This document shows positions 29,906 to 39,057 of a stretch of 64,000 bases of DNA, piece by piece. The number at the start of each line of letters is the position of its first letter. Position 1 is the first letter of the stretch. A model generated the notes under the pieces. It saw only the letters and a list, made by a program, of their open reading frames with translations, made no database searches and had not been told where the DNA came from. A program made the position numbers and the translations under genes. Source of the DNA: an uncultured Actinomycetota bacterium (GTDB lineage: Bacteria; Actinomycetota; Geothermincolia; Geothermincolales; RBG-13-55-18); contig CAYWXM010000023.1 of assembly GCA_964462595.1 (NCBI GenBank), forward strand, positions 71,543-135,542, in the 5' to 3' direction.

Positions 29906-31057
29906 TCAACCCCTCTCTATCATATCCGCCTCCAGGAGCAGGTCTTCTCCCAGGCAACTCGCTTTCCTCCACCTCATGCGCATCCCTTCTTCCGGATCGA
30001 ATACTTCCCTTCCCTCTATCCAAGATCGCGCCTTCTCGTCCCCGAATATCTTCGGGGCCACGAAAAGGGATAGTCTGTCCACCAGGCCGCGTTCGCAAAG
30101 AGCGCTTACCAGCGTAGGGCCTCCTTCAACCAGGAGTTGAGCCACCCCCCTCTTTCCCAGCACCAGCAGCAGCTCATCGAGGTCCACTCTCTTACCGCTG
30201 CCCCCTATAACCTCGACTTCAACTCCCCGGTCTCGAAGCACTCCTGCCTTGAAACGGTCATGCTGGTGGGTGGTAGCCACCATGACCTGTGGCTCTTTTC
30301 CTTGTGCAATCTCGCATTCCAGGGGGATGGAAAGCATCGAATCCACTATCACTCTCAACGGGGGCTTCGCTCCACGCATGGGCACCATGCGCACGGTAAG
30401 CTCTGGGTCGTCGGCTTCAACGGTACCTTTTCCCACCATTACCGCGTCGCTCTCGCGGCGCATGGCATGCACCCTTCTCCGCGCTTTTTCCCCGCTTATC
30501 CATCTCGATGCTCCTCCTCGAGCCGCAACCTTTCCATCCGCCGTGATAGCCATCTTCACAATGACCAGCGGTATCCCGGTCCTTATATATTTTTCGTAAG
30601 CCTCGTTAAGGCGCGACGACTCGCCGCCCATAAGCCCGCTTTGCACAGTCAATCCAGCCTCTCTCAGTCTCTCCATGCCCCCGCCTTTTACACCCGTGTT
30701 GGGGTCCGTCGCTGCAATCACCACCCTTTCTATCCCCGCGGCAATGATCGCCTCCGTGCACGGCGGAGTCCTGCCGTGGTGGTTGCATGGCTCCAGGGAA
30801 ACGTACATCGTGGCTCCGCAGGCATCTTCTCCCGCCTGCTTCAGCGCCTCCACCTCAGCGTGCGCAGTGTATGGCCCGCGGTGATACCCTTTTCCCAGGA
30901 TATTCCCGTTCTTAACGACTAGCGCTCCCACCATGGGGTTCGGGTGCGCCATGCCCTTTCCTCTGCCCGCAAGGGAGATGGCTTTCCTCATGAAGACCCT
31001 GTCCTGCGAGCTTAATCCCGTATCCACTTCCGCTCCCCGTGAATCCAAACACTTCAT
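29906..31057 (-). CDS. ribD: bifunctional diaminohydroxyphosphoribosylaminopyrimidine deaminase / 5-amino-6-(5-phosphoribosylamino)uracil reductase
   Basis: It has a deaminase motif (HAEVEAL...PCNHHGRTPPC) and a reductase C-half. The start is ambiguous between the ATG at 31055-31057 (GGAG 4 nt upstream) and the ATG at about 30991. The listed ORF (to 31144) runs into the riboswitch. Confidence 0.9.
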   Translation of the reverse strand: MKCLDSRGAEVDTGLSSQDRVFMRKAISLAGRGKGMAHPNPMVGALVVKNGNILGKGYHRGPYTAHAEVEALKQAGEDACGATMYVSLEPCNHHGRTPPCTEAIIAAGIERVVIAATDPNTGVKGGGMERLREAGLTVQSGLMGGESSRLNEAYEKYIRTGIPLVIVKMAITADGKVAARGGASRWISGEKARRRVHAMRRESDAVMVGKGTVEADDPELTVRMVPMRGAKPPLRVIVDSMLSIPLECEIAQGKEPQVMVATTHQHDRFKAGVLRDRGVEVEVIGGSGKRVDLDELLLVLGKRGVAQLLVEGGPTLVSALCERGLVDRLSLFVAPKIFGDEKARSWIEGREVFDPEEGMRMRWRKASCLGEDLLLEADMIERG

Positions 31058-31077
31058 GTCTCCGTGTGTCTCCGCCC

Positions 31078-31246
31078 TGAAATAATAAAGGGCACCGGGG
31101 AGAATACCCGGCGCCCAAAATGAACGCCTCAGGTCTTCTCCCATCCGGACTCTAACCGTCGGTGCCGGAATTTCGCCGGCTCTGCCTTGCGGCTCGCGGA
31201 CTTTAACCGCCGGTCGGGGATTTCACCCTGCCCCGAAGACCGTTAA
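31078..31246 (-). promoter_or_regulatory. FMN riboswitch (RFN element) with intrinsic terminator expression platform, upstream of ribD
   Basis: The reverse strand reads GGTCTTCGGGGCAGGGTGAAATCCCCGACCGGCGGTTAAAGTCCGCGAGCC...GCCGGCGAAATTCCGGCACCGACGGTTAGAGTCCGGATGGGAGAAGACC, with closing P1 GGTCTTC/GAAGACC. Then GGGCGCCGGG-tattctc-CCCGGTGCCC follows, and then CTTTATTATTTCA. Confidence 0.9.
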
Positions 31247-31335
31247 CAATAAAATTATATGGCTAAAACATGTATGTTGTCCATCAGGTCCACCATGTTG
31301 CGGCCTCGAATGACGCTGGTTGTCATTGACATCCT

Positions 31336-31998
31336 CTATGCCCGGTCCAACATAGCCCTTATTCCCAGGGCTGCCTGGCGGGGATCGGGAGCGCCGTAAA
31401 TGGAGGATCCGACGACGAGGATATCGGCACCGGCCTGCAATACCTCTTCCAGGTTGTCTATCTTTATCCCCCCGTCCACCTCGACCTCTATCTCCAAGCC
31501 CTGTCTTTCCGCCTCTTTCTTGAGGCTCCCTATCTTCTGCAGGGCCTCGGTTATCATCGACTGGCCGCCGAATCCCGGCATCACCGTCATGACCAGCACG
31601 AAGTCGATGAGCTCGAGATAGTCGAAGACCTTCTCCGCAGGCGTCTGTGGGTTTATCACCACTCCCGCTCGCTTGTTGTGACTGTGTATGAGCCCACATA
31701 TCTCGCCGGGATGACGGGTTACCTCGGCATGAAAGGAGATCCAATCCGCTCCCGCGCTCACGAAGTCCTCTACGTATTCCGCGGGATGGGCGATCATGAG
31801 GTGAACGTCCAGGGGTATCCCGGTTATTGATTTTACAGCCTTCACCACCAGCGGCCCGAAGGTTATATTGGGCACGAAGTTGCCATCCATGACATCCAGG
31901 TGGATGACGTCAGCTGCTCCTTCTATGAACGACACTGCCCTGCGCAGGTCGCTGAAGTCTGCGTTCAGCAGCGAAGGAGCCAGTTTAACCTTTCTCAC
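31336..31998 (-). CDS. rpe: ribulose-phosphate 3-epimerase
   Basis: 220-aa ORF with the HLDVMDG and HLMI motifs of a TIM-barrel RPE. Confidence 0.95.
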   Translation of the reverse strand: MRKVKLAPSLLNADFSDLRRAVSFIEGAADVIHLDVMDGNFVPNITFGPLVVKAVKSITGIPLDVHLMIAHPAEYVEDFVSAGADWISFHAEVTRHPGEICGLIHSHNKRAGVVINPQTPAEKVFDYLELIDFVLVMTVMPGFGGQSMITEALQKIGSLKKEAERQGLEIEVEVDGGIKIDNLEEVLQAGADILVVGSSIYGAPDPRQAALGIRAMLDRA

Positions 31999-32599
31999 CC
32001 GGTTTCCCTCCCAAGGGCATCCTCTCCAGCGCTATATATGTTGGACTCTCTGGTCCCAGTATACTGCGATAAAGCACCACCTCGCCCGCATAAAACATGT
32101 GGTCGCTCAAACCCTCCAGCCCGGATGCCAGCGATTTCAGAAGGCACGTGCAGTCCCCGGGCTTCTTCATCCTCGCCAGGGTAATATGGCCTTTGAAGGG
32201 GCGTTTTTCTCTCTTCACTCCCACCCTTTCCAGACGCGCATCCAGCTTCCGCGCTACCGCTCTTGCTTCTTCCGCCGCCGTGGACATTCCCACCCACAAT
32301 ATGCGTGTTTTAGCGGCCGATGGGAAAGCGCCACAACCCCCGAGAGATGCCATGAAACCCGTGCATCTTTCAACCGAAGCCCTTATCTCCCTCACCAGGC
32401 TTTCCAGCCTCGCCTCCTCGTAATCGCCGATGAACTTAAGGGTGATATGGAGGTTGCCGGTTTTTACCCATCGTGCACCGGGGAGCATATCCCGCAGCCC
32501 TTCCATGCCTGCCGAAATGATCTCTTTTACCTCTTCGGGGATATCAAGGGCCAGGAACAGCCTCGGGTTTCTATCTGACATGCGGCAAATCCTCGCCAC
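31985..32599 (-). CDS. thpR: RNA 2',3'-cyclic phosphodiesterase (2H phosphoesterase, LigT/ThpR)
   Basis: 204-aa ORF with two H-x-T-x motifs (HITLKF and HITLARM). Confidence 0.85.
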   Translation of the reverse strand: MARICRMSDRNPRLFLALDIPEEVKEIISAGMEGLRDMLPGARWVKTGNLHITLKFIGDYEEARLESLVREIRASVERCTGFMASLGGCGAFPSAAKTRILWVGMSTAAEEARAVARKLDARLERVGVKREKRPFKGHITLARMKKPGDCTCLLKSLASGLEGLSDHMFYAGEVVLYRSILGPESPTYIALERMPLGGKPGEKG

Positions 32600-33818
32600 G
32601 CACGTGTAGATAAGCTATGGTCAGTAGCACCGTTGAAGCGAATTGCCTTACCAACTCGCGGTCCCCGGGAAGGCGATATTTCCACGCATAGGACCCCGCT
32701 TCATCCGATAGTCCGAAAACGACCGTTCCGGCAGGTTCGCTTTCCCCTCCGCTGTCCGGGCCGGCGATTCCGGTCAGCGCTATGCCTATATTAGACGCCA
32801 GTCTCTCCCTTACTCCCTCGGCCATGGCACGCGCCACCTCCTCGCAGACCGCCCCCCGCGAGTTGAGAAGGCCGCTTTCGACTCCAAGCAGGCCGCTCTT
32901 GGCTTCGTAGGTGTATGCGACCACTCCTCCCTTGAAATAATCCGAACTCCCCGGAACGCTCGTTATCTTCTCCCCCACCATTCCCCCGGTCAGAGATTCA
33001 GCGACCGAAAGCGTCAGACCCCGAGCGCGCAACTCCCTGCCCAGGTTTCCCTCCAGGGTTTCCTTGCCCTCTGCTACTATCCACGGCCCCAAAACGGCCC
33101 TGACCTTGTCTTCGGCCTCTTTCAAAAGGACAAGATCATCTTCCGCCGACAGTTTTATCTCTATCTGCCCCATCATGGCCCGGTATGATACCCTGATCCC
33201 CTGCATCCCGGGCAGGGCCCCTTCCACGACCTCCGCAAGCTCCGACTCGGGCCTCGCAGCGACTATGAGGTTTACGGTCACGCCTTTATGCCCTGCCTGG
33301 AACCTTTCGGCGAGCAACGGCATGACGTCTCCCTCTATCATGTCGCGCATCTCCCTCGGCACGCCCGGGACCAGGATGACGATTTTTCCGTCTCTTTCAA
33401 CCCATTGCCCCGGAGCCGTTCCCAGCCGCGCTATAATCGGCACCGCTCCTTCCAGCAGGTCAGCCTGCTTCAAGTTGGTATGGGACATCTCGCGTCCCAT
33501 AGCCGCGAAAAACCCCCTCAGGGAATCCGCGAGCGAGTTTTCCCTCCTCAGTGATATTCCCAGCGCTTCGGCCACCGCCTCACGGGTCAGATCATCACCT
33601 GTCGGTCCCAGGCCACCGGTCAATATAACCGCTTCTGAAAGCTCCAGGGCCAGTTTTAGCGCGCCCCCTATTAAACCTTTATCGTCTCCCACCACGATCC
33701 GTATCGGAACCAGCACGCCAAGGTCGTGTAATCTTTCCGTGATAAAGTCAGAGTTGGTGTCCTTGGTCCTGCCGTCCAGAAGCTCGTCGCCTATGGCCAG
33801 CAGCGAGCAGGTGTTCAC
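32571..33818 (-). CDS. cinA: competence/damage-inducible protein CinA (MoCF-binding domain plus nicotinamide-nucleotide amidohydrolase PncC domain)
   Basis: The CinA N-domain starts (V)NTCSLLAIGDELLDG and the C-terminal CinA domain contains IALTGIAGPDSGG. The probable GTG start at 33816-33818 has GGAGGA 10 nt upstream and lies 2 nt after the pgsA stop. The listed ORF has a spurious 63-aa extension. Confidence 0.85.
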   Translation of the reverse strand: MNTCSLLAIGDELLDGRTKDTNSDFITERLHDLGVLVPIRIVVGDDKGLIGGALKLALELSEAVILTGGLGPTGDDLTREAVAEALGISLRRENSLADSLRGFFAAMGREMSHTNLKQADLLEGAVPIIARLGTAPGQWVERDGKIVILVPGVPREMRDMIEGDVMPLLAERFQAGHKGVTVNLIVAARPESELAEVVEGALPGMQGIRVSYRAMMGQIEIKLSAEDDLVLLKEAEDKVRAVLGPWIVAEGKETLEGNLGRELRARGLTLSVAESLTGGMVGEKITSVPGSSDYFKGGVVAYTYEAKSGLLGVESGLLNSRGAVCEEVARAMAEGVRERLASNIGIALTGIAGPDSGGESEPAGTVVFGLSDEAGSYAWKYRLPGDRELVRQFASTVLLTIAYLHVRGEDLPHVR

Positions 33819-33820
33819 TT

Positions 33821-34420
33821 TTATGCATCCTCCGGTACATCGAGGTAGTCTCCCGCCTTGAGAATATAGTCCAAACCGGAGTATAAGGTAAGGGCTACAG
33901 AAAGATAGACCGCCGCTTTTTCCACTGCTTTGTACGCGGGGTCGTCTCTCTTCATGATCGTCAGCAACACGGTAATGAGCTGCGAGTTCGTTTTCAGTTT
34001 TCCCCATATGCTCGCGGGCACGGACGAGCCCCGGGTGCCGGCATAGACGCGGAAAAGCGTGATGAATATCTCGCGCCCGATTATTACGCCAGGCACCCAG
34101 GATGGGAGTCTTCGCCTCACCGCAAGCATCACGAAAGATGTCGATATACAGATCTTGTCCGCAAGCGGGTCCAGGAACTGTCCCAGGCGCGTCTCCTTGC
34201 CCTGTTTGCGCGCAAGGTGTCCGTCAAGGAAGTCGGTAAAGGCAGCGGTCAGCACCGTAGCCGCGGCAAGGTCGTTCTTGAGGCGGTCGTCTTCGGACAG
34301 CAGGAATGCGATCAACGGCGCCAGCAGCACGCGAGAGAGCGTAAGTGCATTGGGAAGGTTCCAGTAGTCCTCGCATTTCAAAGTACTCGTATTGCTTTCA
34401 CGCGCTTTCAACGATACCAA
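33821..34420 (-). CDS. pgsA: CDP-diacylglycerol--glycerol-3-phosphate 3-phosphatidyltransferase
   Basis: 199-aa ORF with the CDP-alcohol phosphotransferase motif DFLDGHLARKQG...G...DPLADK. Confidence 0.9.
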   Translation of the reverse strand: MVSLKARESNTSTLKCEDYWNLPNALTLSRVLLAPLIAFLLSEDDRLKNDLAAATVLTAAFTDFLDGHLARKQGKETRLGQFLDPLADKICISTSFVMLAVRRRLPSWVPGVIIGREIFITLFRVYAGTRGSSVPASIWGKLKTNSQLITVLLTIMKRDDPAYKAVEKAAVYLSVALTLYSGLDYILKAGDYLDVPEDA

Positions 34421-35723
34421 TCAGGTCTATCCCTTCACTCGCCGTTATCCTTGCCTCACGCAAGGAGCCGGGCCTTAAGCCCTCCTCGTGCGGTATGAAG
34501 ATAATCCCGTCGATCTCCGGAGCTTCGCGCTGAGACCTCGCCTCCCAGTATCCAGCGGCCTCGTCGCTTTCGCATTCCAGAAGAACTCGCAGCCTTCTCC
34601 CTATCATCTTGCGGGCTTTTTCCCGCATGATCTCTTCCTGCAGGCCAGAAAGCTCACCCAACCTTTCTCTGGCCACAGTCCTGGAAGCCCCTTTTCCCAG
34701 GGAATACGCGGGTGTTCCTTCCTCATGAGAATAGCTGAAGAGGCCCAGCCAGTCAAAACGCATACCGGCGACAAAATCCCTCAGGCGGTCGAAGGCTTGC
34801 CTGTCCTCGCCCGGAAAACCGACCATAAAAGTCGCACGTATCGCCACTTCTCCCATTATCGCATTGGCCGATTCTATCAGGTCGCGATGGGATCCGGCAT
34901 CTCCCTTCCTGCCCATAGCCTTTAGAATCCTCCGGTCAACATGCTGGAACGGAAGGTCGAGATAGCGGCAGACGCGGCTGTTGCTCATCGCCCCCAGGAC
35001 GTCTTCGTTTACCCCCTCGGGATGCAGGTACATGACCCGCAACCGCCAATCACCGTCTACCTTGCATAATTCCTCGATCAGCGTTGGGAGCGACGGTTCC
35101 CCGTAGATATCTATTCCATAAGAGGTTGTGTCCTGAGCGATGAGGATTATCTCTCTAATCCCCCTGCTCACGAAGTAAGCCGCTTCTTCCACTATTCCGT
35201 TCATATTGCGCGAGCGCAGGGGTCCCCTGATCGACGGTATGCTGCAGAACGAGCATCTTCTCTGGCATCCTTCTGCTATCTTCAGATACACAAAGCCCCT
35301 GTTCAGAGTCGAAGCATACTCCCTCTTCCCCGTTCCCGCTTTGCGCATAACGGGTTTACTTGTAAGCGTATCCATCAGCGTGGTGAAGTTTGCGTAATCC
35401 GGGAAATCTACGAACATGTCCACCTCGGGGAGCAACGAGGTCAGAGACTTTTTTCCATACCTGGACACCAGGCATCCCATCACCACCAGATATCTCGATC
35501 CATCCAGCCTGAGGTCGCTCAGGTCCAATATGGCTTCCAGGGATTCTTCCACGGCAGGGACGATGAACGAGCACGTGTTAACGAGCATCACGTCCGCATC
35601 TTGCGCTCTCCCTGCCATATGCCAACCTGAGCGCATGAGCTCAGACACGAGGCAATCGGAGTCCACGTCGTTCTTTGGGCATCCCAGGCTCAGCAGGTAG
35701 AAAGCCTTGTTCCCCTTCTTCAT
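34398..35723 (-). CDS. rimO: ribosomal protein S12 methylthiotransferase RimO (radical SAM MiaB family)
   Basis: 441-aa ORF with MTTase N-terminal cysteines (GCPKN...NTCSF...MGC), a radical-SAM CQRRCSFCSIP motif and a TRAM C-terminus. The position upstream of pgsA-cinA is typical of rimO. Confidence 0.75.
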   Translation of the reverse strand: MKKGNKAFYLLSLGCPKNDVDSDCLVSELMRSGWHMAGRAQDADVMLVNTCSFIVPAVEESLEAILDLSDLRLDGSRYLVVMGCLVSRYGKKSLTSLLPEVDMFVDFPDYANFTTLMDTLTSKPVMRKAGTGKREYASTLNRGFVYLKIAEGCQRRCSFCSIPSIRGPLRSRNMNGIVEEAAYFVSRGIREIILIAQDTTSYGIDIYGEPSLPTLIEELCKVDGDWRLRVMYLHPEGVNEDVLGAMSNSRVCRYLDLPFQHVDRRILKAMGRKGDAGSHRDLIESANAIMGEVAIRATFMVGFPGEDRQAFDRLRDFVAGMRFDWLGLFSYSHEEGTPAYSLGKGASRTVARERLGELSGLQEEIMREKARKMIGRRLRVLLECESDEAAGYWEARSQREAPEIDGIIFIPHEEGLRPGSLREARITASEGIDLIGIVESA

Positions 35724-35810
35724 GACACGTCTCCTTTTTACGGCATTTCGAGCAAGAACATATGTCGCAGATAATCACGGATAGTATTCCTGAGGCCTTA
35801 TCACTTGAAG

Positions 35811-35837
35811 AGACCGGCCATGCCCCCTGATGCCGGT
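35811..35837 (-). terminator. possible terminator hairpin between the small ORF and rimO (GACCGGC-N13-GCCGGTC)
   Basis: A perfect 7-bp inverted repeat, with only a weak T-tract. Confidence 0.25.
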
Positions 35838-35916
35838 CCTATTCTTCCCGAGTATTCGATTGGCCAGCCGCGTTCCTTGCCTCTCCAGTTCCCTTGCTTA
35901 ACGGGATATCGCGATT

Positions 35917-36150
35917 TTAAGCCTTGATGGTTTTTATTTTCTCCGCCACCCCGCCTCCGACATCCTTTCCCGAAAAGAAGGATACCGATTTCTCGATCTT
36001 TTCAGCCAGGGAAGGCAGCTGATCGGCCGTCAGATCATCCGGCGTAGTGCCTATAAGCTCGCAGTTCTTCTTAACCGTCGCCTTGGCGATGAAATCCCCC
36101 ACTGCCGCCGAGAGTATCTTCTCAACCTCTTGAGCTAATCTGTTGGCCAC
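35917..36150 (-). CDS. hypothetical small protein (77 aa)
   Basis: An ORF with host-like codon usage and a plausible compact Lys/Glu-rich sequence between ftsK and rimO. I recognised no domain. Confidence 0.4.
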   Translation of the reverse strand: MANRLAQEVEKILSAAVGDFIAKATVKKNCELIGTTPDDLTADQLPSLAEKIEKSVSFFSGKDVGGGVAEKIKTIKA

Positions 36151-36252
36151 TATGACCTCCTACAAGTTTTCCTTTGGGTAGATTATACCAGAGTTGTAAA
36201 TTGTGTTTAAATCGGGACAGCGTGGGCACGAACCTCACCCTACAGCCTGGGA

Positions 36253-38619
36253 TCAATCCGGGCTGACGTTTTCATCTTTCGCCATCATTCGCCTCTTCCT
36301 CTCCTGCAGCTCTTCTGCCGTCATCAACACCGCTCGTGGCTTGCTCCCCTCGTAGCCTCCAACGACTCCGAGTTCCTCCATGAGGTCTACCAAGCGCGCG
36401 GCGCGAGCGTATCCTACCCGCAGCTTTCTCTGCAGGAGCGAGGCGGATGCCACCCCCGAGCCCACTACCACCTGTATGGCCTCCTCCAGCAGCTCGTCTC
36501 CGCGTGACCGCTCTCTTCTCCCGCCACCAACGCTCTCCATTATCTCGTCACGATAATCCGCCTGTCGCTGTCTCTTGATAAAGCCTATGATGGACGTTAT
36601 CTCTCTCTCCGCGATGTAGGAACCCTGGACCCTTATCGGTTTCGAGCTTCCAGCGGGCAGGAAAAGCATGTCTCCATGTCCCACCAGCTTCTCCGCCCCC
36701 CCCACGTCGAGGATAACGCGCGAATCGGCCTGGCTGGCAACGGTAAAAGCTATGCGCGATGGCATGTTCGCCTTTATCATGCCAGTCACCACGTCCACCG
36801 ACGGGCGTTGTGTCGCCACCACCAGGTGTATCCCCACCGCCCGCGCCATCTGCGCTATCCTGGCAATTGAGTCTTCCACTTCCGCCGGAGCCACCATCAT
36901 CAGGTCAGCAAGCTCGTCTATCACCACGAGTATGTAAGGCATGTACGGGAACTCTTCCTCCCCTACCTCTTCTTTTCCCAGGCCTTCCCTCAGAGCGTTT
37001 CTGTAAGCGACGATGTTCTTGACGCCCGACCTGGAGAGCAACTGGTAACGTTGTTCCATCTCTCTGACCACCCAGGAAAGCGCTCCGGAAGCTTTCTTGG
37101 GATCGGTTATAACGGGCGTCAGCAGGTGGGGTATGCCGTTGAAGTGAGATAACTCAACGTACTTGGGGTCTACCATCAGCATGCGTACCTCGTGGGGAGG
37201 CGAAGTCACGAGAACCGACGCAACCATGGAGTTTATACAGCAGCTCTTTCCCGTCCCGGTTGCTCCTGCCAGCAGGAGGTGCGGCATCTCACGCAGATCT
37301 ACGATGATCGGTTGTCCCGAAACATCCATACCCAGGCCTACTTTAAGGGGTGAGCCTGACTTCATGGCCTTAGGGGTGGCCATGATATCTCCCAGGGTCA
37401 CAAGGTCCCTTTCCCGATTTGGTATCTCGATTCCGATAGCCGACTTTCCGGGTATGGGAGTTATTATCCTTATGTCCGGCGACGCCAGTGCATACGCTAT
37501 GTCGTCGCTCAAGTTCAGCACCCGGTTGACCTTTACTCCCGAACCCAGTTCAACTTCGAACCTGGTAACCGTAGGTCCTCGCGTTACGCGCGTAACCGCT
37601 GCGTCCACTCCGAATTCGCGCAGCGTTTTCTCCAGTATCGCTATACTCTCATTCACGCTCTTATGCGATATCGGATTGCGGTCACTTGCCCTGTTGAGCA
37701 GTTCAAGAGGAGGGAGCTTGTATGCCTTACCCCCGTCTTTCTCCTGCATCTCAATGGCCAGTTGCCCCGTGTCCTCGATGACTATCGGCGGCGGCGCAGG
37801 CATCTCCGAGGCTAAATCCGGCAGGGCCGTCGCCTCCGGTTCTGCGTTCTCCCTGTCAACGGCCACCTCCCTCATTTTGGTTTCCGTAGTCTCCGACGTC
37901 CTGGAGGCGTCGCTATCCTTCGAGCGTGTCGAAACCATCACGGCCGGGGCTGTCCGGCTTGGCCTGCTCTGCCTTTTTTCAATTCGTAATTTTCGCCTTT
38001 TTTCCACTCTATCCTGGAATAGTTTAGATATCGTCAACCCTGTGAGCAGAAGAAAACCCACGACAAGCATCGCCGAAAGCAGGACGTATGACCCGGTTTT
38101 GCTGAACATCTTCACCAGCGGCCATGCTATCAATGCCCCCACGAGTCCTCCTCCACTCTCCAGGTTCGCCCGGGTGAACATAGCCTCGGCCTCCCCCACC
38201 CTTAGATGGAGCAACGCACATATGGCCATGAACATTACCGCCATCCCTGACATCTCGACCCAGGTTATCCGCCAGCCTTCCTTCTCGCCCGGTATCTCAC
38301 CCAGCCTTCCCATAAGCAGGGCAATACCAATAGCAAGAAATATGAATGGCAGGGAAAAACGCACACCACCGGTCAGGTAAGAGAAGAACAGGTCGAGACC
38401 TCTTCCCACGGGCCCCAACGCCGTGAGGAAGAAGGCCAGGAAGAAGAGCGCCGCCAGGGTTATAATCGACACGCCGTATATCTCTCTCAGGTTGCGCGGC
38501 AAGCCCCGCTGCCTCGCGTTCTTTACCGGCCTTTTTTTATTAGCCGCGGACGCTCCCGCTTTGCTCGACGTTTTTTTTCTAGCGCCCTTTTCCTTCCCTG
38601 CCGACATATCAGCTCCCAC
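36253..38619 (-). CDS. ftsK: DNA translocase FtsK/SpoIIIE
   Basis: 788-aa ORF with N-terminal TM helices, a Pro/Ala-rich linker, a motor domain with Walker A GATGTGKS, and a C-terminal winged-helix gamma domain. Confidence 0.95.
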   Translation of the reverse strand: MGADMSAGKEKGARKKTSSKAGASAANKKRPVKNARQRGLPRNLREIYGVSIITLAALFFLAFFLTALGPVGRGLDLFFSYLTGGVRFSLPFIFLAIGIALLMGRLGEIPGEKEGWRITWVEMSGMAVMFMAICALLHLRVGEAEAMFTRANLESGGGLVGALIAWPLVKMFSKTGSYVLLSAMLVVGFLLLTGLTISKLFQDRVEKRRKLRIEKRQSRPSRTAPAVMVSTRSKDSDASRTSETTETKMREVAVDRENAEPEATALPDLASEMPAPPPIVIEDTGQLAIEMQEKDGGKAYKLPPLELLNRASDRNPISHKSVNESIAILEKTLREFGVDAAVTRVTRGPTVTRFEVELGSGVKVNRVLNLSDDIAYALASPDIRIITPIPGKSAIGIEIPNRERDLVTLGDIMATPKAMKSGSPLKVGLGMDVSGQPIIVDLREMPHLLLAGATGTGKSCCINSMVASVLVTSPPHEVRMLMVDPKYVELSHFNGIPHLLTPVITDPKKASGALSWVVREMEQRYQLLSRSGVKNIVAYRNALREGLGKEEVGEEEFPYMPYILVVIDELADLMMVAPAEVEDSIARIAQMARAVGIHLVVATQRPSVDVVTGMIKANMPSRIAFTVASQADSRVILDVGGAEKLVGHGDMLFLPAGSSKPIRVQGSYIAEREITSIIGFIKRQRQADYRDEIMESVGGGRRERSRGDELLEEAIQVVVGSGVASASLLQRKLRVGYARAARLVDLMEELGVVGGYEGSKPRAVLMTAEELQERKRRMMAKDENVSPD

Positions 38620-39057
38620 TTGGCGACTCGCTTGCTATCCCGTACCGGATTATCCGGACCTGAACAAAAAACTCCTCCTATAAATCCTACTACTGTTTTC
38701 AACAGGGATTTGCCTATAACCTTTATCGTCCACGACAGCGCCCTATGGCTGCTCAGGGGCCCGGCAGTAAAAAAGCAGGGGCATATGGCTCTTGGAACGG
38801 CGGGCGGTTTTGCGGGCTTTTCCGTAATGCACGCACTCAGACAAGACCGCATTTTCCATGGAATTCATAAACAGGTATACGTGCACTTGCATCACCGTAC
38901 CCGTGCCCGGTGGGCCGTTCCTGTTCTTTATGCCGGGCACTGTGATCGCCGCCATGGATACGCTCCGTACGCCGTTCCAGTTCAATGCGAAACATGTATC
39001 CTGCGTGTGCGGAGCTGAGGTCGCTACCCGGCTGTCCGTGCAGGTATGATCATGCGT

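Noticed and set aside
37163-38380. Long plus-strand ORFs antisense to ftsK (405 aa) and similar antisense ORFs opposite corC (2883-3734), lepA (13725-14546), M16 peptidase/dapB (40474-41644) and pnp (43140-44090)
   Set aside because: All are Ser/Ala/Pro/Arg-rich, lack starts with RBS, and lie opposite strongly supported conserved genes. They are expected false positives in a genome of about 60 percent GC.
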